DNA from: Eledone cirrhosa
Lineage: Eukaryota
Assembly (NCBI GenBank): GCA_964016885.1
Contig: OZ024740.1
Coordinates: forward strand, 59,768,001 to 59,832,000
Reading direction: 5' to 3'
DNA length: 64,000 bases
In this document: positions 28,582 through 40,320 of the stretch, in pieces
Numbering within the stretch: the stretch's first letter is position 1
How the letters are laid out: every line of letters starts with the position of its first letter
Translations under genes and position numbers: made by a program
Notes under the pieces: model-generated
The model's database searches: none
What the model was told of the DNA's origin: nothing
The model's input: only the letters and a program-made list of their open reading frames with translations

Positions 28582-28665
28582 ACCTTCTGACGAGAATCTC
28601 TCTTTGCAACGAGGGCCGTATGGCCTACGTTTTATTTTTGGGATTCGAAACCGATCGGTAAAGGT
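28582..28665 (+). ncRNA. Type I hammerhead ribozyme (array unit 2)
   Basis: Same motif, +483 bp. Confidence 0.88.
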
Positions 28666-29064
28666 AACTATAGTAGGTAAAGTCAATTTTTTAAAATTTA
28701 TTTTGAAACTTTTTCATTATTTACTAAACCTTGTTTATATTTGTTCTGGCTCGTTAATTTATTAACCCGCCATTGAACCACACTGGCACTGGGTTGGACA
28801 ATACATGCGTACCTTGGCGCCTTGTGCGTGAAAGGACGTATTTCATATTACTACTACCTCCACATACGTTGAGAACAAACCGGGTCATTCCGACTGCTGC
28901 TGATAACAGCGGTGGCTAGTTCGACCTACCTCCTTTTGCCTCTATCTTTACTACGGCCTCTGATAAACCTGTTCTACATCATCCACTCTCATCCCAGGAA
29001 CAGTATTTGATAGCGCTAGTTTGTGATTTAAATTCAGGAATTTTATATTCTTTGAATGAAAAGA

Positions 29065-29148
29065 ACCTTCTGACGAGAATCTCTCTTTGCAACGAGGGCC
29101 GTATGGCCAACGTTTTATTTTTGGGATTCGAAACCGATCGGTAAAGGT
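29065..29148 (+). ncRNA. Type I hammerhead ribozyme (array unit 3)
   Basis: Same motif, +966 bp. Confidence 0.88.
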
Positions 29149-29547
29149 AACTATAGTAGGTAAAGTCAATTTTTTAAAATTTATTTTGAAACTTTTTCAT
29201 TATTTACTAAACCTTGTTTATATTTGTTCTGGCTCGTTAATTTATTAACCCGCCATTGAACCACACTGGCACTGGGTTGGACAATACATGCGTACCTTGG
29301 CGCCTTGTGCGTGAAAGGACGTATTTCATATTACTACTACCTCCACATACGTTGAGAACAAACCGGGTCATTCCGACTGCTGCTGATAACAGCGGTGGCT
29401 AGTTCGACCTACCTCCTTTTGCCTCTATCTTTACTACGGCCCTTGATAAACCTGTTCTACATCATCCACTCTCATCCCAGGAACAGTATTTGATAGCGCT
29501 AGTTTGTGATTTAAATTCAGGAATTTTATATTCTTTGAATGAAAAGA

Positions 29548-29631
29548 ACCTTCTGACGAGAATCTCTCTTTGCAACGAGGGCCGTATGGCCTACGTTTTA
29601 TTTTTGGGATTCGAAACCGATCGGTAAAGGT
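29548..29631 (+). ncRNA. Type I hammerhead ribozyme (array unit 4)
   Basis: Same motif, +1449 bp. Confidence 0.88.
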
Positions 29632-29698
29632 AACTATAGTAGGTAAAGTCAATTTTTTAAAATTTATTTTGAAACTTTTTCATTATTTACTAAACATT

Positions 29699-29759
<61 letters not shown>

Positions 29760-29760
<1 letters not shown>

Positions 29761-29949
29761 CGAAGGAAATGTGGTAAGGAACCAGGTGGACCATAACGCA
29801 CCAAAGTACTCAATACTTAGGATAGTAGAGTGGGTAATAGGAACCAGTAAGACCCCGACGGCTGAGCTCAAGCCGTTTCGACGGCTAATTCACAGAATTA
29901 GCCGTCGAAACGGCTTGAGCTCAGCCGTCGGGGTCTTACTGGTTCCTAT
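29760..29949 (-). mobile_element. PLE-type terminal fragment (family E) ending in a perfect 55-bp-arm palindrome
   Basis: Homologous to 39085-39260 and 30510-30560; contains the 3' half of an HHR. Confidence 0.65.
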
Positions 29950-30001
29950 ATATATATATATATATATATATATTCGGGCGAAACGTACGTAGGTGCTTTT
30001 G

Positions 30002-30142
<141 letters not shown>

Positions 30143-30420
30143 TATAATATATATATATATTATATTCGGGCGAAACATACGTAGGTGCTTTTGTATAAAC
30201 ATGTTCTGACAGTATGTATTCTCCTTTGTAATCCTTTCATTTGTAACCGCTCTGCTTATATTCTCTCCCGCTAAATATTAACGCTTCCGATATTTAACCC
30301 TCTAGGCTCAAGTATTGAGCACAAATGCACCAGCTTTTGGCTATTAACAATATGTATCGCTTATCCCTTTAAGCCTCTACTCTCTCACGATACGAAAATA
30401 TTCTATATATATATATATAT

Positions 30421-30513
<93 letters not shown>

Positions 30514-30603
30514 CCTATTACCCACTCTACTACCCTAAGTATTGAGTACTCTGGTGCGATATAAATGAAAGGTAGAGTAAATATTACTGCATATAGTATA
30601 TAC

Positions 30604-30670
<67 letters not shown>

Positions 30671-31383
30671 AGCATCTTTACAAACTAGAAGCTGAAATAT
30701 GAACAACTACTTTAAAATATACATGTGTTTATGAATAATAGCTTCATTAGGTATTTGGGTTTCAAATATACATCAACAGATATAATCTATAGTTCTCTGG
30801 AATTTGAGAAAGTAAGTTATAGAAGACATTAATGGATTGTATATCTAGATAGATACATTGATAGATAGATATGATTTTTATTTTTATTTTTTGCTTTTAT
30901 TTCTCATTGCTTAATCTGGTGGAGAGGCAGTACCCATCCCTTTTGCAGGCTTCCTAAGCTTGGCATTTGTTTAATGCTCCTTAGCTTACTGATTAGTCAA
31001 GGGATGTGAGTGAATGATATCGGTGATAGTATCAGATAAAACCAAGTGGTACTTGTTTCAGTGAACAGGGAAGAATCAAGAAATATAAGTGTCAAGAAAT
31101 GAAAGCAAAAACTCAACTCAGATCTCAGCTACTGAAATATTTGATTCAACAGGCATCTGATAAATATATTTATGTAAATATATATACTTAAATGCACATG
31201 CGACAAAATGTCTACACAAAATCGTATCCACATATATTCCGTCTCGCTGTAAAATTAAGTTCTACAGTTAGACTATAGAATGAGATAGAAATATATATGT
31301 AAGTACAATTGTGTGTGCGCGGGCGAGCGAGCCTCCTAGCGTTTGTGCGTGAGTAGGCGCGCGTGTGTGTGTCTGTGTGTTTG

Positions 31384-31433
<50 letters not shown>

Positions 31434-31617
31434 AGAATATGTCTCATTATCAAACTCTCCTGAAAGATTTTTACAAGCAAAAGAGGGATGAGATGGTTGA
31501 ATATTACTGACTGTACTGCTTTCTAAAGATCATCCCCAAGAAGACTATACCGAGTTCATAAAGCTCTCCCCTCTCTATCTAGGTAGTTGGCTATCTCTAC
31601 AGTTCTCCTTCTTGGTC

Positions 31618-32300
31618 TCAGGAGCTTACCACCAGGCTCGTTGGATGGCTAAGGTCATATATATGATAAAGATATAAGTTTACACCACGTGAATCAAGAC
31701 ATCTACAAAAATCGCTTACTTTGTGGTTTTGGTGTATGTAAAATTCTGGAACGAAGCTATGGTTCCCAGATGTGCCCCAAAGAATGATCTCGATTTGACG
31801 AAGTTGGTGTTTATGTATGCTGAGCAACATACCAGAACTGTGGCAGAGTTGCTCCTTTTGCGTCACCTGTGGTACTTGTCAGAAGAGTTAGTAGGGTTGG
31901 CTTTCTTTGACGAAAAACTTGGACAGAATGAGAAGAAAAAAATGTTCCAAATTCTAACAAAAGAAAAAAGATACGGTTGAAGAAGGTCGAAGGAAAAGGA
32001 ATGGCTTTTGTCAACAAAGAAGTGAATGACTTCGTTACGAAGAAAACAAATAACTTTTTCCATCTGCTTGACATCGTCCAAAACAATTTAGATTTTTGCA
32101 CTGACGGCGATATCAGAGCATCTGTTGATTCTCTGACAGTTGTGAATGACACTGCTGAGCGAGGTATTTGTCTCATATAGAGGTTTAATGATTTACAAAG
32201 GATGGAAAGGAGAAACAGTTCCTCATAAAAATGGTTGCGGAGCAAAAGAAACACCTGTCCGAGAGGACAAAGAACGCCGTTTCCAGATATAAATTTAATT
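31618..32300 (+). pseudogene. Degenerate DNA transposase, probably hATm-like
   Basis: GAYHQARWMAKVIY, RHLWYLSEELVGLAFFD, VVNDTAERGI motifs. Confidence 0.6.
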
Positions 32301-32590
32301 TAAAAAAAAAAAATTTATGTTTCTCTCTTAAACCTCAATATTTAGAATGTATTCCTCCAGATTATTTTCGTTATATTCCATTCTGACATGTGGTTTCAAC
32401 ATTGGATTCAGTAAAGTGAACAGAAAGGACAATACACCACAGGTCAGCTCCAAAATATCGTCATAATAAAAATATGTGAAAGTGTGCAACCTCTATATAT
32501 TAATTGAATGACAAATAATTCAGCATCAACTCAAACACGGGCGTAATCAATGAGATTAATAGCGAATAGTTTGCAAAATCTAACGCCCTA

Positions 32591-32646
<56 letters not shown>

Positions 32647-32675
32647 GGTCCGATTTGACGAAAGTTGATTGTTTA

Positions 32676-32711
<36 letters not shown>

Positions 32712-32809
32712 GTGTGTGTATGCGTGCGTGCACTTATTCTTGAGAGGTTCGTGGGGGCAGAGTCGTTAAACAATCCTTCCAGTGGGTCCTGTCTCCAATA
32801 GATCCGACT

Positions 32810-33600
32810 GACACAAAAAACGTTCTTTACTAAGAACAAATCAGTATACCAAGCATTCATCGATCTGGTGGAATGTTTTGACAGAATAACTTACTTTTTA
32901 GTCTGATGGTCGTTAAGAAATCTAAATGTAGCTGTATGTGTTGCAAGCCATGTAAAGAGATAACGCCAATAAAGACAGAGTTGGCAACTGATTTAATAAG
33001 GAATTTGGCATGTATGTAGATATCCGTCATAAAAATATCTCTTGTTTATTACGTTCTCTAGACTATAACAGAGGAGTTTAAGACCGACTAACCATGGAAT
33101 TCCCGAAGGTCACTGACTTAAGTCTTATAACTGAATCTATCTAAAATAAAAGGAAGAATCTCTAAACGCGGAAGTAAAGCCTAGAATCAAGATGCTTCAA
33201 AGTACACCAAGCAAAGACAAAAGTTTTAGTTAGTAAAAACTGCTACCTTAGAATTAGTTATGTTTGATATGCAAACAAGAAGGTAGGAATTCCATATGGT
33301 GTATCCAATGTAAACTATGAGTCCATGAAAAGTATAGTAGTATGATGGGTAGGGTGACAGAGAAGGAAGAATTTGTATGGGGAAAATATACGGGAGTAGT
33401 TAGCATGAAAGGAATTTCCTCAAATATGTTAAAAGGTCTATAGAAAGGTTCAAAACTTTATTTATCAAGGTAACCTATTTAGCAGTGGAGAAGTGTGCTT
33501 AAAAAAATAGAAACTTGAGTAAAAACAAGGAGGAAAATGTTTATAACTATAGTGTAACACACCTTAATGTTGTTCTTGTTTAAGATTACTTAAGAGGGAA
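32810..33600 (+). mobile_element. Highly degenerate RTE LINE RT fragment
   Basis: Collinear similarity to 6400-7050 (AFIDL..FDR; gagtttaagac..ccatggaa). Confidence 0.5.
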
Positions 33601-33670
33601 AAGGTAATACTTAGCTCTGGTGGTGGTTATATGCCATATATTCATTGAACCAAGTAATGTTTCTCTTTCT

Positions 33671-33870
33671 ATAGGGTGGCTACTGAAAGACTGAATGGTA
33701 TAAAACAAAAATAACTTTTACTTATTTTTTTATTATTTTATTTGGAAATATAAGTAATGGATTTTTTTCAGTATTATATGTGAAAAACAAGGGATGCTCT
33801 ATAACTTGCAAAAAAAAAATGAAAATAAAAAAGATTGAAAACAAACGAGTTTTTCAGTGGCCACCCTGTA
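33671..33870. mobile_element. Tc1/mariner MITE
   Basis: agggtggctactgaaa / tttcagtggccaccctgta TIRs. Confidence 0.65.
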
Positions 33871-33924
33871 CTGTTATAAGTGGATGTTTCTTATATACTA
33901 TATTACCCCTTAGAGCGTTGTTAT

Positions 33925-33956
<32 letters not shown>

Positions 33957-34199
33957 TACATACATACACACACTATATAGGTGTGTGTGTGGCTGTGAGT
34001 CATGGTAAACGTTTAGTCTGTTTGGTATTGTTCAGCTTCAGATCAGCTCTTATGCCGTTACCATTCCATCATTTTAAGAGTGTTCAGGGTAATGTTATAT
34101 AAAGTGCCCTTTTCCTTAAGATGGTATAGTGATTTTTGAGAAATATTTGGCTAGTGTATACCATACATTACCATACATTTGTATGTATACATACATACC

Positions 34200-34900
34200 A
34201 ACATTTGGACTACTTGAATGGACGCTACATAATATCCTAGCCATTGATATTAAAACTCGAAAAGTACTAATTGAGACCGAAAATTTGCACATCAACATAT
34301 ATCGCCCCTAATCAAATCGTAAACAGGAAGGCACTGGCTTAACATCAATCCAAACAGCATTTGAATGTCACATTATACTCCTTCAACAACAATTACTAAC
34401 CACGAAGCATAGGATCCCATTAATAGAACAAGTCTGTTTATATGAGGCAGATAACACCATGTGAATTGGGAAATGCTACTGAATGATGACCAAAAATACA
34501 AACCCAGGTGAGTTACACAACAGACAAGTGGAGGACATGCTGTATGCTTATCAACAGAAAGCCAAGAATGGTTGTTGTCAGAAAACTTCAAAATTAGAAT
34601 AATATAGATAACCAAAATAGTCTATCTTGGACCAACAACCAGTATATTAGCTTTCACTTTGAAGGATATGCTTTTGCAATTAAAGAACATGGAATAACAA
34701 CGAAATACCTGATGTACCAAAATAATAGAGATACAGGTAAAAGACCTAAATGCAACAACCGATGCTGACTCTGGAGAATATACATCAAGGATGCCACCCA
34801 CATCATAAGTGGCTGCTCGAAGATTTTATCATGGGACTATCTACCTACAAAACATGTTGTAGTGGCTAAAACACTATATAATGCAATCCGTAGCAGAATA
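34200..34900 (+). mobile_element. Degenerate RLE-type (R4/Dong-like) non-LTR retrotransposon fragment
   Basis: IDIKTRKVL, RKQEGTGL and decayed C-x2-C..HIISGCS zinc-knuckle motifs. Confidence 0.5.
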
Positions 34901-35428
34901 GTCCTAAAGGTAAAAATGTCAAAAGTTATAGCGATGTAGATGGTGTACTCACACATAGTATGAAAATATAATCCATTAATTGAACAGTAAAAACATATGT
35001 AAAGCATTACAGAAGTTTAACATGTAATAACTCGATATACATGTATGTATGTATGCACACATATAATTCAAAACATGCAGATCTATATATGCAATGAAAT
35101 ACATAACTCCAGACAGCCAAATATACATAATTACTCAGTTTATGTTGTCGAAATTCCAATTTGGGTTAGAAACCGTCTCTAGATCTCTCGATCTCTCTTT
35201 CTCGGTGAGAAATTGGAAAAACTAAATCCTATCTAAACATATACATTATTGCCGCACTGTGCGCACCATCAGATTTAAGGTGTTTCTTAGAAATATATAC
35301 TAAGAAAAACTGAAAAAATCCTCCTACGTCACTATGGGTGTACTTTTTTTTACCACGCATGCTTTGGAAACTGAATTCTCGTCAAAAGTGTAAATGTGTA
35401 CTAAAACCAACAGAAAAATCAGTTTTCG

Positions 35429-36932
35429 ATAACATTGCCAGGTACCATAACGCTCCTGTCAACTCTACCAGTGATATAACATTGCCAGGTACCATGACGT
35501 TCCTGTCAACTCTACCAGTGATATAACATTGCCAGGTACCATGACGTTCCTGTCAACTCTACCAGTGATATAACATTGCCAGGTACCATGACGTTCCTGT
35601 CAACTCTACCAGTGATATAACATTGCCAGGTACCATGACGTTCCTGTCAACTCTACCAGTGATATAACATTGCCAGGTACCATAACGTTCCTGTCAACTC
35701 TACCAGTGATATAACATTGCCAGGTACCATAACGCTCCTGTCAACTCTACCAGTGATATAACATTGCCAGGTACCATAACGCTCCTGTCAACTCTACCAG
35801 TGATATAACATTGCCAGGTACCATAACGTTCCTGTCAACTCTACCAGTGATATAACATTGCCAGGTACCATGACGTTCCTGTCAACTCTACCAGTGATAT
35901 AACATTGCCAGGTACCATGACGTTCCTGTCAACTCTACCAGTGATATAACATTGCCAGGTACCATAACGTTCCTGTCAACTCTACCAGTGATATAACATT
36001 GCCAGGTACCATAACGCTCCTGTCAACTCTACGAGTGATATAACATTGCCAGGTACCATGACGTTCCTGTCAACTCTACCAGTGATATAACATTGCCAGG
36101 TACCATAACGTTCCTGTCAACTCTACCAGTGATATAACATTGCCAGGTACCATGACGTTCCTGTCAACTCTACCAGTGATATAACATTGCCAGGTACCAT
36201 GACGTTCCTGTCAACTCTACCAGTGATATAACATTGCCAGGTACCATGACGTTCCTGTCAACTCTACCAGTGATATAACATTGCCAGGTACCATGACGTT
36301 CCTGTCAACTCTACCAGTGATATAACATTGCCAGGTACCATGACGTTCCTGTCAACTCTACCAGTGATATAACATTGCCAGGTACCATGACGTTCCTGTC
36401 AACTCTACCAGTGATATAACATTGCCAGGTACCATAACGTTCCTGTCAACTCTACCAGTGATATAACATTGCCAGGTACCATGACGTTCCTGTCAACTCT
36501 ACCAGTGATATAACATTGCCAGGTACCATGACGTTCCTGTCAACTCTACCAGTGATATAACATTGCCAGGTACCATGACGTTCCTGTCAACTCTACCAGT
36601 GATATAACATTGCCAGGTACCATGACGTTCCTGTCAACTCTATCAGTGATATAACATTGCCAGGTACCATGACGTTCCTGTCAACTCTACCAGTGATATA
36701 ACATTGCCAGGTACCATAACGCTCCTGTCAACTCTACCAGTGATATAACATTGCCAGGTACCATAACGCTCCTGTCAACTCTACCAGTGATATAACATTG
36801 CCAGGTACCATGACGTTCCTGTCAACTCTACCAGTGATATAACATTGCCAGGTACCATGACGTTCCTGTCAACTCTACCAGTGATATAACATTGCCAGGT
36901 ACCATGACGTTCCTGTCAACTCTACCAGTGAT
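35429..36932. repeat. 47-bp minisatellite, 32 copies
   Basis: ataacattgccaggtaccat(g/a)acg(t/c)tcctgtcaactctaccagtgat; 1504 bp / 47 = 32. Confidence 0.95.
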
Positions 36933-36949
36933 GGGCAGTCAAGATCGCC

Positions 36950-38100
36950 AGACAGCTTTTAAACTTAAAATGAAACAATTTATAAAAGCATGGAAATTAG
37001 GTAGCTGAAGGACATTTTGGGTCACAGCCAAATAAAAGTACAATTCAGGAATGACAAAGGCAAGAGAAAAAACTACATACCTTAGGCAAAACGAAGTATA
37101 ATTGTTAGGTTCCATAGTTATAAAAAAATATGTTGAAATATGAATAATTGAAAAGCGTTATAACAATATAAACAAAAATGATAATTTGCGAAGCTAGAAA
37201 ATTGAAATTGTCAGTGGAATCAGTGATATTACAAGAACAAGGTCATAGGGCCATAGATTTATGGGTAGGCGTTGCTTGAGAATGTATGTAAGAAGGAAAC
37301 TTTCATAGCGATTATTACCTGATGCATACGAAAAAAATCATCATTGCATTTCATAGATTTGTTTTTAGAGTAAAACTACAGAGATTGAACTTGGTCAAAT
37401 AGCAAACATGGGTGAGATACCCTTTCCTTTTGATGTTTCTTATACGAAAAACATTGACAAAATTAAAAAAAGAAAAACCGACAGATTTAAAAGATGCAAA
37501 AACAATGTCAGAATATCAGGTTATGTTGAATTTTATGGGAAAAAAACTTTGACAAAAGATCAAATACCAAGTAGTGTATATATGTTCATTCCTACCACTA
37601 GAGTATGGCAGATGAAAATGAGATGAAAGCCTTGGCGGAAAAAGTGTTGGTCGAACTATTTGATGGTTTTGCTGAAGAAACTATCCCTATTAATGAAGAT
37701 CAGTGTAGAAGATAGATAACTTATACTACGAAAAACCATTTTGATAATTATAATACGAAAATAGTGGCGATACCTGGTGGACTGATTTTGTAATTGCAGC
37801 CTTTCCATGTTTCTATTAACATGCTAACCAAAACGCCACACATGAACTATGGACTAAATGGATAGTTTCTCCGTCACATCAGCTAGATTAAACATAACTT
37901 TTCGGCAAGCGTGTTAGAGGACCAAGACTAAATGGCATGCATTCTAATAAGTGTAAATAATCAAATCTTTTAAGAAATATAGAATTAGTAATTTCCTCAG
38001 TGATACTGAGATGGATTTCTACATAACTGGAACACATAGAATGGTAGCGATGAAAAGGATGAGAAAAGTATTTTTGATGATAGGGATTTTCCTATTTCAA
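36950..38100 (+). pseudogene. Degenerate pogo/Tigger DDE_1 transposase
   Basis: IANMGEIPFPFD (NMDE-like) and IPGGL..LQPFHVSIN motifs with many stops. Confidence 0.6.
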
Positions 38101-38139
38101 ATATTTTGCAACAATATATTTCTATTTGCCTTATTTTAA

Positions 38140-38280
38140 AGGGGCAGTGGATTGGCAGTGTCAGTAGAACGTCAGACAATATCATTTGCAGCATTGAGTT
38201 AGGGTCCTTTACGTTCTGAGTTCAAATCCCGCTGAGGTTAGCTTTGCTTTTCATCCTTACGGGGTCGATAAAATAAAATC
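38140..38280 (+). mobile_element. tRNA-derived SINE (3'-truncated)
   Basis: Family core. Confidence 0.75.
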
Positions 38281-38476
38281 TAACCTTGCCTAGGGTGCCA
38301 GATAGTCTGGCACCGGCCCTGGATATAAGATATATACATATTTAAAAAAATGATAATCACAATAAACTATTATTTACGTTGAACAAAACTATCATATAAG
38401 CAAAATATTCATTTAATCTATGTGTGTGTATGTATGTGTGTGTATGTGCGTGTATGTATGCATGTATGCATGGGTC

Positions 38477-38661
38477 CAGACCTGTCAACTCATCCCGTCC
38501 GACGGGGAGATCTCCCACCCACTTTGGAGTGGGTGAGAGATGTCTTCTCTTGTGAAAATGGGTATAGCTTTCATTATGTAAAATCTCCCCATTTTGCCTC
38601 CGTTTGGGGGCACGTTTTTCATGGCACCTCCCGTTTGGGTTTTTAGAAGTTGGCCGGTCTG
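38477..38661. mobile_element. hAT-type MITE
   Basis: cagacctgtcaact / agttggccggtctg TIRs; second copy at 56374-56567. Confidence 0.7.
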
Positions 38662-38849
38662 ATGGCTCTGAAACTCCTTGTGGAATCGTAAGGGTGCCGT
38701 AGTGACATACGGCATTTCTTGAGCCTTCTAAACCTGGCGGAACCCATCTTCTTTCTCTCCACGTCTGAACACAGACAATTTCTTTCCAGAGAAGTAGAGA
38801 GGGAGTGGAAAAGCGATATAGAGAAAGGATCGGTACCAGTATTGGGTTG

Positions 38850-38990
38850 GCACTTTTCTTTTTATCGGACTCGAAAGAATGAAAAGCAAAGTTGAGCTCA
38901 GCGGGATTTGAACTCAGGGCGTACAGATACGGAACGAATACCGCAAAGCATTTAACTCGACGTTCTAATGACTTCAATTTCGCCACGTAA
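38850..38990 (-). mobile_element. tRNA-derived SINE
   Basis: gggatttgaactc B-box on minus strand. Confidence 0.65.
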
Positions 38991-39259
38991 TATGAGTATA
39001 ACCAGTTTAAAACTCTAACCATATATATATACACACACACACACACACGCATATATACATATATATATATATATATGTGTATATAGGAAAACGTATGACC
39101 CGACGGCAGAGCTCAAGCCGTCCCGACGGCTATTTCCGTCGAAACGGCTTGAGCTCTGCCGTCGGGGTCATACTTTTTCCTATTTCCCACTCTACTACCC
39201 TAAGTATTGAGTACTCTGGTGCGTTATGGTCCATCTGGTTCCTTACCACAATTCCTTCG

Positions 39260-39388
<129 letters not shown>

Positions 39389-39498
39389 TCCAGTTCCTCA
39401 GTGAAATAACAACCCAAACAGGAACTAGGCACATCAGAGTATTGACAAAATTATACACCTCAACAACATATGTACTTGTCTATACCACACTAATTCGG

Positions 39499-39553
39499 AC
39501 TGCCTGAAGAGGTCACAGCAAAAGATTGCTGTCACCAAAATATATATAGCAGT
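39499..39553 (+). ncRNA. Type I hammerhead relic (G12 to A)
   Basis: actgc CTGAAGA ggtcacagcaa-aaga-ttgctgtcacc AAAA tatata TA gcagt. Confidence 0.7.
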
Positions 39554-39707
39554 AATAAACGAAGCTAAATTTTAAACTTTTGACTTATTTATTTTACTTT
39601 ATTTTACATTACTCCGGAGTAACCAAACCAACCTGCGCACTTCGTCGAGTGCTCCAGCCTGCATACTGAGGTGTGGTATACAACCAACATATACTCAAAA
39701 TCTATAT

Positions 39708-40222
39708 ATACCCATCTATTCATTTATTTATTTATTTATCTACTTATAACAGAAAATATTATATTAGAAACGAATTTTAAACAACTAATAATCGTAAATA
39801 CACGTACTATTAAGATATATACTTAGAATATATTTCCCTCAAATTAACCTTATATGAGTTTTATTCATCTTCTCTTGTTTATTTCTTCTCTCTATCTCTC
39901 TCGTAACATTTTTTATCTTTATCACCTTATATCTTTTCTCTCTCTCTTTCTCCAGTGCCATTTAAATAAACGGTTGTTTTTCAACTATTTACATATCATT
40001 TGCATATTCACACATAAGTTTGAATAATCCCTAATATATTTCCACTATCCAGTGAATTTCCAACCGATAAGGTATGATTTTCATGTGTATGTCTCTATTT
40101 ATAAAACAAACTTTGTATTTTATCTGATGAGGGCGTACCAATGTTGTCTTGGTACCCTTGAAATATATATAATAAAATAAATATGGTTTCATAAATATAG
40201 TTTCCATTTATTTAATATCATT
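39708..40222 (+). mobile_element. PLE family B terminal repeat
   Basis: Inverted near-identical copy of 42275-42792. Confidence 0.8.
40116..40179 (+). ncRNA. Type I hammerhead ribozyme
   Basis: tattttat CTGATGA gggcgtaccaa-tgttgtc-ttggtaccctt GAAA tatata TA ataaaata. Confidence 0.85.
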
Positions 40223-40320
40223 ATATATATATATATATATATATGGTGGCTGCCAACTCGTTTTCGAGTACGGCCACTACTTTATATCCATGTAGGAGAA
40301 CCCCCTACCGATGCGCTGAA

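Larger units (their letters stand above)
27988..29704 (+). mobile_element. Tandem array of a 483-bp hammerhead-bearing unit (about 3.55 copies); retrozyme-like
   Basis: Unit starts at 27988, 28471, 28954 and 29437; near-identical; flanked by (TA)n. Confidence 0.85.

Noticed and set aside
27955-29652. Repeated 72-82 aa ORF (MTLPTIVTFTDRF...)
   Set aside because: Antisense to the ribozyme, TTG start, no recognisable motif, and not conserved in frame in the 48-kb copies
35429-36932. CRISPR-like array
   Set aside because: Units are contiguous with no unique spacers; eukaryotic context, no cas genes
40131-40133. A-to-G differences between family B repeats as fixed ADAR edits
   Set aside because: Other differences between the two copies are not A-to-G biased
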